A stretch of DNA of 57,006 nucleotides, filler included, from Sphacelaria rigidula (taxonomy: Eukaryota), in NCBI GenBank assembly GCA_964200075.2. It is 5 parts of 5 records of this genome, joined end to end, with 100 filler letters (N's around TTAATTAATTAA, not from the genome) between each part and the next. Parts side by side here need not be neighbours in the genome. Positions count along the whole stretch, not along the records: positions 22,846 to 34,166 come from CAXNAA020005067.1; positions 34,267 to 45,586 come from CAXNAA020005068.1; 3 more parts are not named here. One strand, written 5' to 3'. Position numbers and translations under genes: made by a program. This document shows, in pieces, positions 25,271-37,000 of the stretch (its first letter is position 1; each line of letters begins with the position of its first letter). The notes below the pieces were generated by a model, which was given only the letters and a program-made list of their open reading frames with translations, did no database searches and had not been told where the DNA came from.

Positions 25271-26574
25271 TCCATGATTTGATTATTTTATTTGATTGTC
25301 GCACTTTAACTGACCCCCAAGGGATCCAGCCGTGATCGCATGATAGATTTTCACACCTGAGCAATGCTACGATAGGGATTGCACTTTTTTCAGCGAAAAC
25401 GTTTCTCGGGGTTGCTCGGTGTGTTGGACGGATCATTTCGAGAATCGGCATCGTTTTTACTTGAAAAAGATCGGAAATAAATTATGTCGATTCACGAAAT
25501 GGCGCCTGCGTGCAAACACCATAGTTCTGGGAGTCTGTTCCCCGGAGCTTTGGGTTGCACAGTAAGCCCCATATAGTTGGGCTCCTACAAAAAAGAGACC
25601 CAGAAACAAAAAGTGCAACCCCTACGGTGGCATTGCTCACCTTTCGGTACTCCGTGTGAAAGAAAATTAATACGCTCCGGGTCGAACAATCTTTAGCGGG
25701 CAAATAAGGAAGCAAGTCACTCCTCATGCGACTCGCCGAACACATCACAGAGCTTCGTGCCTGGTGATTGATTGCCAGAGTAGTCCGGCCAAACCCGGCG
25801 TGCTCCGTCCCGACGTTTGTAGGAATACAGGGTCGATGGTGTTGTGACTATGGCATGCAAGTTCATGAGTGCATCCGCCCCCCTCTCCTTCCCACGCTTT
25901 TCTGACATTTTAAATGCCGTGCATACCGGCGAAAACCACCATAACATCACTTCGTTTACTTCTGAACTAGCTGCAGAAGTGACCTAGCACATATCGGCGA
26001 CTCATTCGGTCAACAGATACCTTCCTACACCCTCCTACGAGGTGTGGAGCGGTCTTCAGGCAACTCCGAAACGCAGCCGCTTCACTGGTTTCAACTCTGG
26101 CTTCAGTTCGATTTTTCTCACCCGCGGTCGACTCCCACCAATCCCTTAAACGCAGTGAACGTCCTCGCATCTTAGCTCCGAGTCCAGTCAACACTCGACA
26201 CGTTACCGACTTCTCTTACAGTCCTTAGTGCGCTCGACAGCTTCACTACGTGGCCTTAGACCACTCTCCTGTTTCCGCCCCACCCACCCCCAACTTGGAG
26301 ACCAGGTGAAATTCTGAAGAGTTGTGCAATTTTTGCCATATGGAGACTATCCTTGCTCAGAAGCTCAAAATTCGTGAAGAAGCCGTCATGTCTACCGGTA
26401 TGCTTGTTCGTTTTGTCTCTGTGATTGACCCCACTTTACCCACGATCATCTTGTGCCCAACATGATCCAGGGAGCACAAATATCAAGCGAGATGTCGAAT
26501 TCTTCACCGACTACCGGCCAAAGTAGCACTCCTGCCTGGCAGCCCTTCACCGCAACAACAGAGCTGGAAGAAAA

Positions 26575-27192
26575 CTACATTCGCTCAGCTGTTGCTGCCC
26601 CTGCGTTGACCAAATCCAACAACCTAGCAGCTGCCGGTGCACACTCCTTCGCGATCGTCCCTACAAGAACCGATCTTCGCTCCAGTAGTTGGCAGGGTCG
26701 CCCACTATCCAACACACCAGCCAGAGCACTCGGAGGTGGATACGGCGAAACCGCTATCGATTCTCTCATCATCTCGACAGGGCGGTTTATCCCTGTTTCA
26801 GTGCCGCAACGTCGCTTTGGGTCTCCAGTTTTGCCCCTTTCTCCAGCTGCTACCTGACCTGAATCTGTCGCGCTTTCTCGTACTTCGGATGCTCTATCGC
26901 TATTCTTCTGCTTGTCCCCTTGTGATAATGCGGAGGACCGATTCCGTTGCCTCTTGTCCCCTCGGGAATCCCCCGTCGTCTCTCCCTCAAACTTGCTCAT
27001 ATTTCTGGTGAACGTTTCTGGACCGCGGCGAGGCAGTGGCCGCAGTACGCCGGCGGCGTCAAGAACTTGCGTCAGAATGAGCCATACACCATCGCCGTCG
27101 AGAAACAACAGCGCGCGGAATAAAGACTCGGCCGAGCACCGTATGATGTCGGGCCTTGCCGATGACAAACAGGCAAGCACCGCAAGTGCGAT
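26575..27192 (-). CDS. TTI1: TTI1-like gene, terminal exon
   Basis: TTTCTGCCAG acceptor, phase 0, open to the stop at 26577-26575. Encodes IALAVLACLSSARPDIIRCSAESLFRALLFLDGDGVWLILTQV, like the TTI1 C-terminal YLSxxQP...DPDxxW region. The five exons sum to 1434 nt (477 aa plus stop). Confidence 0.78.
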   Translation of the reverse strand: MALAVLACLSSARPDIIRCSAESLFRALLFLDGDGVWLILTQVLDAAGVLRPLPRRGPETFTRNMSKFEGETTGDSRGDKRQRNRSSALSQGDKQKNSDRASEVRESATDSGQVAAGERGKTGDPKRRCGTETGINRPVEMMRESIAVSPYPPPSALAGVLDSGRPCQLLERRSVLVGTIAKECAPAAARLLDLVNAGAATAERM

Positions 27193-28922
27193 CTGGCAGA
27201 AACGCACCATGTAAAGGGGACGATAGAAAGAGTGCATACGCGCGGGTAAGAATTGGCGTTGGGTGGGAAAATGAGACTGCCTCCGGCACAGTGACAACAT
27301 AGTATTAACAACCGCAGTCTGTGATCACGGGTGCGAGAGATCGGGCTAATGTGCGGAACTACTACTGGTACCACTGCTACTACTGCTACTACTGCTGACA
27401 ATATTTTCGTGATGTTGAGAGTCTAGGATACGATTAAGGGTTTCGGGTACGATTGAGAGTGATAAGCCATCAACAAATGAATGAAACAGTTTCAGTTCCG
27501 AAATACCCCTCCGGACCTTATACGCGGCTCGATACGCTTTCTGTAGCGTAGTTAGCTACGACTCGTCCTGCAGAGTACAGCAAGGTACCAACGGGAGACA
27601 ATCCATTCCATAACGGAGTTCCACCTCAAGGCAACCTCAGTTTCGCCCGTGTACACAATATGAGCGGCTACCAGGCAGTGATTACCCTAGAGCGGGACAC
27701 CTCACATAATCACTGTAGCCAAGAGCATCGTAATTTCACCAGTTACACACTGCAAGATACGGAAACATCGAGCCAGCGCATGCTCCACCGGGTCCCGAAT
27801 GTTTTTTTATCGAAGAGCATGCCTCGAAACTAACGCACGAGTCAAACGTGAGGGCATTCGTGAGGTGAACCATAAAACGATCCACATGAAGTACACTCAT
27901 GTTGGCTGACGACAATTTTGAAGTGTGGCGCTGCAGTGACGCCTTAGCGTGCAACGGCGCTACGGCGGCGGGCTTGGAGCGCGTATTTTGCAACAAAGAC
28001 AGACAGCACCGCGTACTACCGGGTGATGAACTCATGGAAGAGCACCGTGGCAGGTGTACATCCCGTTCCTGTAGGGTTGTGTTTCTTCCAAATCCTGGGT
28101 AATATGTTACATTGTCAATAAGTGTGCCGCGTTCAATATCGGCTACTGCGTCTGTTGCAATAGGCGCCAGATTCTATACTGTACGAAGTATTCTTTTTGA
28201 CAATCTTTTCTACCGTCATTATCCAGATTTGCTGGTCGTAGTGTGTAGTCGTTGACGCGCCAGGCAGGTTGGTGCAATGCATTTGTCGCAACAAACGGAA
28301 CTGCCTGCGTGTATTGTACTATAATCCATCAATGCATGGAAGTCCGAATACCACTGCTCTCCGCAGCATAGTGTACCCGATCGCTTTGGCCTACATGGAT
28401 AGCCTGTGAGGATAAACAAGTGAACTGCAGTCGGACTACTGCCGATGCAGTCTTTCGACCATCTCACGAAACGCACAAACTGTTTCGGACTGAGATGATG
28501 GCGTCTTCGCTCTGGACAGTGTGACAGCAAGAATGTAGCCCAGTTGAGTTCTCAGCAAGGTCGCCACCTTCATCCGGTACATGCGCGGTACGCGGGGTCC
28601 CACCTTGAGGCGGTTCAATTTTTCTGACGCCATACCGCCTTTAACTGGGACGCCCACAACAACCAGGCATCCTCACAGGGTTCCTTCGACACCCAGCGTC
28701 GTTTCGCTCCGACCACGTTCGACACAAAAAAAAAAGTTCACATGAGATCACAACCCCGTCCACAGACGACCATGCACGTTTCGCGCGTGTGGAAGCTTCG
28801 AAATCCACAGACGATTTCTTCTGTCACTGCATGTGCATTTTTGCCCCATAGCGTACCCATAAAATCGGCTTCAAATTTCGTCAACGCACTACCAATACAC
28901 TAAATTGTGCGCCATTGATCAC

Positions 28923-29357
28923 CTCGCGCGCAAGGGGCGTCATGAAGATCTCGCAGTCCGGATTGCGGCACAGTGCTTCGAGGCAGCAAAGCGCTCGCGC
29001 CACAACCTTCGCCTCCAACAATCCCCCGCGCGTCGCGCCCGCTGCACCTACTCCCACAGCGCCGGCGCTCACTCTGCCACGGCGCGCGGATATCGCAGAG
29101 GATGCGCTACTGGCGATCGGACCGGACCTACTCGCTTCACCGGAAAGACCACGAACTGGGGCAAGCAGCAGATTTCCAGGTACAGATGGGTTGTCGTTGT
29201 CCGTGATACCGATCGGATGTTGCCATTGGCCACCTGAAGCTGTGCCGTTAAGGGTTGAGTAAGGTGTTGCTCGGCCACCGATAGTAACTCCACGGCCGCC
29301 GCTGATGCCGCGCCTTTTGCGTTCCGTAACCTGTGAAGCATACTGGAGAAGCAACAC
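28923..29357 (-). CDS. TTI1: TTI1-like gene, internal exon with a low-complexity insertion
   Basis: GCGCAG acceptor, GTGATC donor, 435 bp, phase 0 to 0. Encodes VLLLQYASQV...LEAKVVARALCCLEALCRNPDCEIFMTPLARE. Confidence 0.78.
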
Positions 29358-30019
29358 CTGCGCCACGGCATGCACAAAAGAAGCGCAGCGTGTAACCCCA
29401 TTCACGTGAACCTTGGGGGACAAATGAGCTCGAGCCGAAACACTAAATGCACAAGTGTGTATATATGGCCGCATCACAGATCTCAGAGGTCCTCGCAGGC
29501 CTCGGGAAAAGACCGTGCATCTCGCATATGAGGGCAGTGCAACCTCCGTCAGCACTACTACATCCTCTCAACCTCGCCGGAAACACACAAGCACGGATTT
29601 CACAAGGGTTTGCAAGATTGAAAACTACATTGGCCTTGCCCCTCTACACATACTCTATTCATGATGACACATATTGTGCGATCAGAACAAGGGGGCTGTG
29701 CAACACACACACACACACAAAACTCGATCGGAACCGGGGAACGAGCGCCATATCATTGACGTTGTTTTGGATTTGACAACGCGGCGACTACTGTATGTAG
29801 TCCATAAACACGGTGGCCCATCGTCGACAATGACGCAGTGGAGGCTGTTTGCAATCCAGGACTTCTCTCTGACTCGGAAGCACCGAGAGCAGACCCTTCG
29901 AGGGCGTGAGTGTACCGCAACGAGATACTGTCATCCTCCAGGAAGTCCTGTGAGGACGCTTGTCCAGTCATCTCGAAGAACCCGGTACGTTCGTACAATA
30001 ACGCGTACGCTATGCGTAC

Positions 30020-30135
30020 CTTGAGCAAAGGCCATAGATCTTCAGACACTTTTGTGGACAGGAAATCGCCGCAGACGCTCACCAAGGCGTCCACCGTGTC
30101 CAAGGCATGCAACAGAACTGCTCCTCTTGCCGCCA
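30020..30135 (-). CDS. TTI1: TTI1-like gene, internal exon
   Basis: CAG acceptor, GTACGC donor, phase 1 to 0. Encodes VAARGAVLLHALDTVDALVSVCGDFLSTKVSEDLWPLLK, matching the TTI1 CGDFLxxRxxxDxxP motif. Confidence 0.85.
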
Positions 30136-30430
30136 CTGATTCGTACAGGGCTGCGCGAGCACCATGTCAAAGATCGAGCACGAGGCATCAAGCGCACGAG
30201 TATGGCAACATTGTTGAGGTGGTGTGAGAGATTTCATCATCTGAGATGCGCTGCTTTGGCCTGAAAACAGATCACAACTTTGCTAGCATATACGGAGATA
30301 TGTCACGAGTAGGCAGTGAGTGCCCACAACACGGCGGAATACCGCTCGAACTGCTCTGCGAAACCTACTGCATCTGCTTTTCCCGACGAAGCAGATTTAA
30401 ATACCCTTCGCACCGCCCAAGTTATCGCAC

Positions 30431-30686
30431 CGCTGACACTTTCTACGATAGCCCCCCCCCAGAACCAGCCCAAAGTGTCACGAAAAAGATGGCCAAGCAG
30501 CGCCTGATGTTTGGGTTCAGGCTGCATGAGCGCCTCATATTGGCGACATTAGCTAGAACGAACCCAAGCGTGGCAATTCCCAGCTGCTCGTTGTGCTCGG
30601 CTTTTCCCATTTCTATTTACATGAAGATTTCGCCTCCCAAAATCATGCACTTTTTTGGGGGGGGTCTTTCGTAGAAAGTGTCCGCG
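30431..30686. mobile_element. MITE family D (copies at 31308-31623 and 22650-22745, the latter cut by the gap)
   Basis: TIR CGCTGACACTTTCTACGATAGC(n) / G(n)TCTTTCGTAGAAAGTGTCCGCG. The body is colinear with 31325-31520. It lies in a TTI1 intron. Confidence 0.82.
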
Positions 30687-31087
30687 CCTCTTGAGCATGA
30701 TAGGCGTACTACACGAACACACGTGGCCGGCAAAGGGATCAATCTCGCCCACGTACGGTTGGCGGGGTTACCAACCTGTTTCGCTTCACAGCTGTGCATA
30801 AGCATTAGGAACCCTCCCCCATTTTTGTTTACAATTAACATCGTCACGTACAAACCGTCGAAGGCTTCGCTGGCGTTTGACTTTATAGAAAAGAAAAGGG
30901 ATACGAATGAAACAATAAAAAAGTGAACAAAAAAAAAGCACAAAAATACGGAAAATGAGAAGCGAACTCTTCTTTGTAAGAGTAAATCGGCGAAAAAACA
31001 AAAACAATCCACTGCGCACATTCGGTGACGTCTGCTCTACTGTTGGAACGCAAGACTAGCATCAACACGGGGCCGCGCAAGCCTTAC

Positions 31088-31219
31088 CGCTCATTGAGGG
31101 TCCACTCTCCGCTCCGCCGGCGTGTGCGAGTGCGAACGACGATGTCGAAAGAGGCGAGAGAAATTCCCGGAAGGTAGACATCAGTGGACGCCACATTTTA
31201 TGGACGTGTGGTAGCAGTG
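31088..31219 (-). CDS. TTI1: TTI1-like gene, internal exon
   Basis: Polypyrimidine tract plus CAG acceptor, GTAAGG donor, phase 1 to 1. Encodes ALLPHVHKMWRPLMSTFREFL, matching the TTI1 LLPxVHxxWPxL motif. Confidence 0.82.
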
Positions 31220-32463
31220 CTGGCATTATAACAGGCGATACATAAAAAAACGGGGGAACGAACGCAGGAGTAGTCACAGGGGAAAGGGTGAGCGGAAGAA
31301 TTCACCGTAGGGCACAATTTCTGCGAACAGCCCAAAACTGTCACCAAGAGAACAATCATAGAGCACCCGATGTTTGGTTTCAGGCTGCATAAAGCGCCTG
31401 ATATGGGCGACATTGGCAAAAACGCACCCAAGCGTGGGTGTTTCCAGCTGCTCGTTGTTCTCAGCTCTCTTCATTTCGATTTACGAGTAAATTTCGCCTC
31501 TCCAATCCAGCCACTCTTTGGGGGGGGGCGTACTCATTTGTTGCTTGCCTTAGTCGTTTGACCATTGACCACGCACCCCTTTCGAGACGGAGCAAGGGGG
31601 GGCTGTCGTAGAATATATCCGCGTTCGAATAAAAATCGAAGTTCCATAAATATGTTTGTGGTATCCTCCTGCATCAACGACCAGTTGTATGACACCAACA
31701 CCAAACTACTATCGAGAAGTATTGGCGAAATATTCGTTGCAACACGGTTGTATCGACTTATCGCGGAGTTTGATCCCTTGTACACAAAAACGCAATTTTA
31801 TGGCCGCTTGCAGTTCGTTATATTCGCCGTTTATCATCCATATCTCCAAAATGTTACGCTACACCGCCCAGCAGCAGATGCAACGGCATTGGTTGTTGTT
31901 CCGCGTCATTTTGAATATCCGCGTATGTCGACCAGCATACAAGAATACCGCGCGAGTACCCAGCTCATCCACGAAAGTCCCTGTCTGACTCCTAGCCGCA
32001 TAATTGCTCATTTTTCCGTGGACAAACCCAGCATACTGAAAGAAGAAAAATGTTGAAAGCAAACTACGCACGAACAGAGGCAGCAATTTCAACTGTACTG
32101 TAATTGATAAACATGCGACTGTGGTCGGAGTATCCATCTCCACAGAACGGCGGGCCCTCGTGTGGCAACCGGCAACCTCCGTGAGTGCTGCCATGCATCA
32201 CACAAGAGGTCCCCAATGAGATCGAATGCGTTTTTTCAAAGTCGAATGTGCTCCTGCTGTTCTTGGCACAGATTTTAACGGTCCTCTTTTGTCGAGATTA
32301 GTCCGTAGTCCCCACCTCCTCCTCGGTATGCGCCATGCAATCTTGTGTCATGGCGGTTGGATCCGCATTCGCACATCACGTCGACTCTCTGTGAACACAG
32401 TCTTCTCAGGTGATGCTACGATGGGGGAGCAGGGTTTGTGTGTGCGTGAGTGTGTGTATTGTT

Positions 32464-32601
32464 CACACCCTGGACAGTGAAATACACCGTCAAAAAGTGT
32501 ACTGCGTACAGTATCGACTATAGCGCCTGTTGCAACAGACAATAGATTCCATACTGTACGCAGAATTTTTTTTCACCATAGAATATTTTGTCCAGGGTGT
32601 G
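32464..32601. mobile_element. MITE family C with an 8-bp TSD
   Basis: TIR CACACCCTGGACA/TGTCCAGGGTGTG flanked by the exact direct repeat GTATTGTT (32456-32463 and 32602-32609). Confidence 0.88.
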
Positions 32602-33045
32602 GTATTGTTGTAATTGATGTTCTTGTTGTCGCTGCTGCTTGCTTCCTTCTTTCCTTTCTGGGGATGTTGCTTCTGTCCTTTTTCTGTTTCTTTCGTTCCT
32701 CCTTTCTTATTCTATTTTTCTTTTCGCTGCCCCCGACCACGGGCCGGATCGTTGCAATCAGCTACTGCGAGATAATCAATCCATCAACCAAGCAAGGGGG
32801 CGCGGTACTTCGGACCATTTCTTTCACGAAATTCCACTTCAAATCGCCCCTGTAAGCAGCAACCAACTCTTGTTTGAATGCGCTCATTCCCAATGCGAAA
32901 CATCTGTTCATACCAATTGACACCGTTTTCACGCAAAGATGACGAACCGCGAGTAGCTATAACAAGTCGTCTGATACACTTGTGAGGCCCTGTTTTTCGT
33001 GAAATCAAACACCCCCTCCAATATCGAGCCTTACTCTCTTGCCAC

Positions 33046-33179
33046 TTAACCCTTAGGGGCCTACCTCACTGACGATTTCTGTTTTTGTGAATCGGCATCA
33101 TTTTCAGTCAATTTCAAGTCAAAATGATGCCGATTCACAAGAACAAAAATCGTCAGTGAGGTAGGTCCCTGAGGGTTAA
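33046..33179. mobile_element. TTAA-flanked hairpin MITE (piggyBac-like ends)
   Basis: TTAA-CCCTTAGGG...CCCTGAGGG-TTAA, with 59-nt arms (4 mismatches) around a 16-nt loop. Confidence 0.88.
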
Positions 33180-33916
33180 GTTCTCACGCTTTCATCGACG
33201 CAAATCAGACGCTTTTCAGAAGAGAAAAAAGAGTTAAAATGCGATGTAGAGCAATGCTAGGTTAGGGGTTGCACTTTTTGTTCCTGGGGCTCTCCTTCTT
33301 GTGGGAGCAAACATGCATGGGACTTACTGTGCAACCTAACTCTCCGGGGACCGGTCTCGGGGGAATATTGTGTTTGCACGCAAGGGCCGTTTCGTGAATC
33401 GGCATCATTTTCAGTCCTTTCCGGGAAAAAATGGTTCTGTTTCACAAAACGACCTGTCCAACACCCCGAGCAGCCCCGAGAAACAATTTCGCTAAAAAAG
33501 TGTAACTCCTACCGTAGCATCACTCTGCACCTGCCGGGAGTCGAGACCAGATTCTTCTGATGTAGCGGTGCCAGTAACACCATCATACCACCCGCGTTCG
33601 GGTGCAATTCTTATACGGGTCGGGCATTAATCAAGAAGGTGCTTGATTTTAGTGATGATGATTCGTACCGTGTGAATCAGCCCTTCGGCTTTGTTTTCAG
33701 CGTTGCAACCCAGCTATGCGTAAGCACAGGCACGTGGAATGGCGCAAAAAATGCGTGGAAACCTTCTTGACCAGGGGTTAACTTTTTTTTCTCTCTATCG
33801 AGCAATCAGGCCTGATAAATCATGGGTTCGGTGATTCGAATCGGCGATGATTCGTTCGAACCGTGAACTCTTGGCAGGACAAGAAGCAACATGAAACACG
33901 CCAGCACGTGTCGCAC

Positions 33917-34049
33917 CTGCATCGGCACCCGCCGTGGCCAACTTGATCACGCAATCTCGCATGCAGGCCAGCGCCGATGCTTGTGTCCCCAAGGCAGGTG
34001 TGGACAAAAAGTGGCAGCTGCGGGCGAGCACCTCAGACAGCGTGACGAC
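33917..34049 (-). CDS. TTI1: TTI1-like gene, first visible exon (upstream exons not in this contig)
   Basis: CAG acceptor at 34052-34050 and GT donor at 33916-33915. Encodes VVTLSEVLARSCHFLSTPALGTQASALACMRDCVIKLATAGAD, resembling the TTI1 C-terminal HEAT region. The phase-1 end matches the next exon. Confidence 0.75.
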
Positions 34050-37000
34050 CTGGTGGCAGCAGCATACGCCAATAAAAAACGACGTACATGTGGAAGTCGT
34101 CGACTGAGTTTGTTTGGCGTGAGTTGACGCGGTGCGGGAGTGCTGATAGTCATGATCCAATCCGCGNNNNNNNNNNNNNNNNNNNNNNNNNNNNNNNNNN
34201 NNNNNNNNNNTTAATTAATTAANNNNNNNNNNNNNNNNNNNNNNNNNNNNNNNNNNNNNNNNNNNNATATGTAAAAGTTTATTGTGTAATGTATGGAAGA
34301 AACGTGATGAGCTTTTGAAGAAACGAAATGGGAGCCAGAATGTTGGAGGTGTCTCTACTAGGAGTAGGAACGGTGCCCCGTCTCGAAAGGGATGCGTTGT
34401 CAATAGTCGAACGACTAAGGCAAGCAACTAACGAGTATGCTCCCCCCCCCCTCCACCCCAGAGGCGGTCGAGAATACTAAAAGTCGAAAAATGGTGTGTC
34501 CAAAAATCTTCTTCCTGTTTCTTCGCCAGAATACGGAATTGAGCGGTACGTTCACCACCACAATGCTGGGCTGTACCCGTGCAGCTCAAAATCGAGGAGT
34601 TTGGGCATGTCAGTTGCTCTAGCAGTCGCAGCGAAGAGAACTTGGCGGATGGATGATTACTTTTCCGTCAGGTAACTGCTGGATAATGACAGACTTTGGG
34701 ATATGTGTTACAGTACTGAGGCCGCACTGCTGGAGAGGGCTGCGTACTCAACACGTGAACCCGATGGCTTTCTGTTTGTCCATCAAGGAAAAGTGTACTA
34801 CAAGTTGTACGTGTTGCTGAATGACATCAAAGGTATACACTGCTACTGTGACGTGACTGTATACATATAGACAGTGTTGCGCCAAAAGAAAAAGAAGTAA
34901 AATGTATGCGGATTGTGGTGTAGAAGAGTCATCATATAAAGCATCAGCTTAGAGCACCCCCAAAGTAGGTATGATCTACACGAGCGAGGAGCCCGTTGTG
35001 ATGGACCCACGGCCCAACACGCGGCATATCGGAAAAGCTATGTTTAAGGCTGGATCGTCGGCGCAAGTTGCAGGCTGCAAACGTGGTTATGTCCCGCGTT
35101 CGGTGGTGTGCATGGTGTTGCTTGGTACGGGTGCCTTGCGGGCCCCATCGTAAGCCGATAGTTGGCGGCCACGGTACCAACCCCCCTCCGACCCCTCCCC
35201 GTCGCCAGGAACGAGGTTTTGAGGAATCCGAGGCCCTGGGTCACGTATGCCGGTTTGTAAGGTCGGCCCCGTGGCTATGAAGGCTTAAACCAATCGTGAT
35301 GTTAACTCCAAAAACAAATGCTAGACATATCTCAGAGAGGTGCTCACCTACCTGAAAGCGCCTCAAGGATTACGGGGTCATGTTTTGCCGCGAGCGGGGA
35401 TGAGTGAAAACTTTGTCTGAGTTTGATCGTGGCGCATATGTGGTGTTGGAAATCTCACGCACGATCCATTTTTATCGGCGTCGCATTATCTCGAGAATCA
35501 TCCGTGTCTTCAACTTTTTCGGGGTTCCAAGCTGGTGGACAGGCGTGACTGACACGTACTTGAGTGGAACAACGTCCACTCTGACAGAGCGCATACGACT
35601 GTACCTGCTTTACCCGCCTATGTTATGTTGAAACATTGTACGAGTACAATATAATAGTCCATGTTGTGTGAAAATAGTCTAAGGTGGAAATAATTATCAC
35701 ATACCGCATCGCCCTCACCGACGTTTTGGTACATTTTTCCAGACGGCAAAATCCACTTCGACCAAAATATTGAGTCTTACGTGTCTGGTACACATTTGCT
35801 CACCAGGGCGAAAATTCTCACAGGCTGGTTCACGGTGAACGTCCGAAATTTACTCCCCAGCGACTGCTGACGCAGTTTGGGGGGGATAGACCGTGAAATT
35901 TTGCACACGGGTGCTCTGAGATATTCGGAAGGGGTGTATGGACGGGGTCTTTCGATTTTTTTTCTTATCGCCAGATATCCGGGGCCCCAGCACGGGGGGG
36001 TCAGACCCCCGAGGAACCGCCCGGATGTACGTTGAAGCAGACACATGTGTACGCGGAACCCCTCTAATTACTTGATTGTAGGATCCGATAGATATTTTCA
36101 TTGCGCGCTTGAGCTGACATCGACCGTTTGGGATCAGCTTTCTGAGTTACGCAACGAAACTTTGCACAAACATCCTTTTAACTACCGCGGGACCAGTCAA
36201 ATTTGAATTTATAATTTTGAAGCAATCTGTACCGACTTCTGGGAGCTTTCACGCTGGAACCCCCGGAAGCTGGTAGAGCGGATAATCTGTGAAGTGTTCT
36301 TTGACGTTTGAGGATGATCGAAGCTTTGCCACGAAATTTCCAAGGCAGAACGTCAAGAGGCCTCCCGGGTGTTCGACGCATATCGGTGCAAACTCAAAGA
36401 CGCCAAGACCTCACATAATCCGAAATACCACGTTTTGGGATATAACTCGATCCCGTGCAAAACGTCTTCATTTTTTTCTTGCGTTATATACTCTAGCTGA
36501 TGACGGTTACTAATGTTCGATTCGTGATGACATTAGGTACAAACTGAGTCGGAAATTCGAATTTTTATGTCCACAACAATTTTATGGGCCTTGACTTATC
36601 GGCCGACAAACATTTTTATCACCAGCGCCAGGGCAAAGAACACAGAATAATCTGGCCATGCCATCACTGTTCGTTTGCTTGTGGGGATCACCTTGATACC
36701 AAATATATTCCTATTGGGTCAGGTTTGCGTTCTCTATCTAGTGGGGGGATTAATGTGAAGACAACAACAACAACAGGCAACAATTTGGCCCAAATCGGGG
36801 AAAGCTCAGATGCGTGTGTCACGATTTGAGAACGGTTTCCGCCGAATCTGAGCGTAGGTCTGGGGGGAAATGGAGGTCCCCCGAATCTGTAGGAAGTGAC
36901 GCACGTACATTGACACACGGTGATAGGGCATTAAATCTTGTGCGACCGAAGCAGCAGACTGTCTCGCGATAGTACAGGCCGTGCCTGACTGTGCCAGCTG

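Noticed and set aside
31859..32194. Possible extra TTI1 exon
   Set aside because: The flanking exons already join in phase and give a continuous TTI1-like motif without it.
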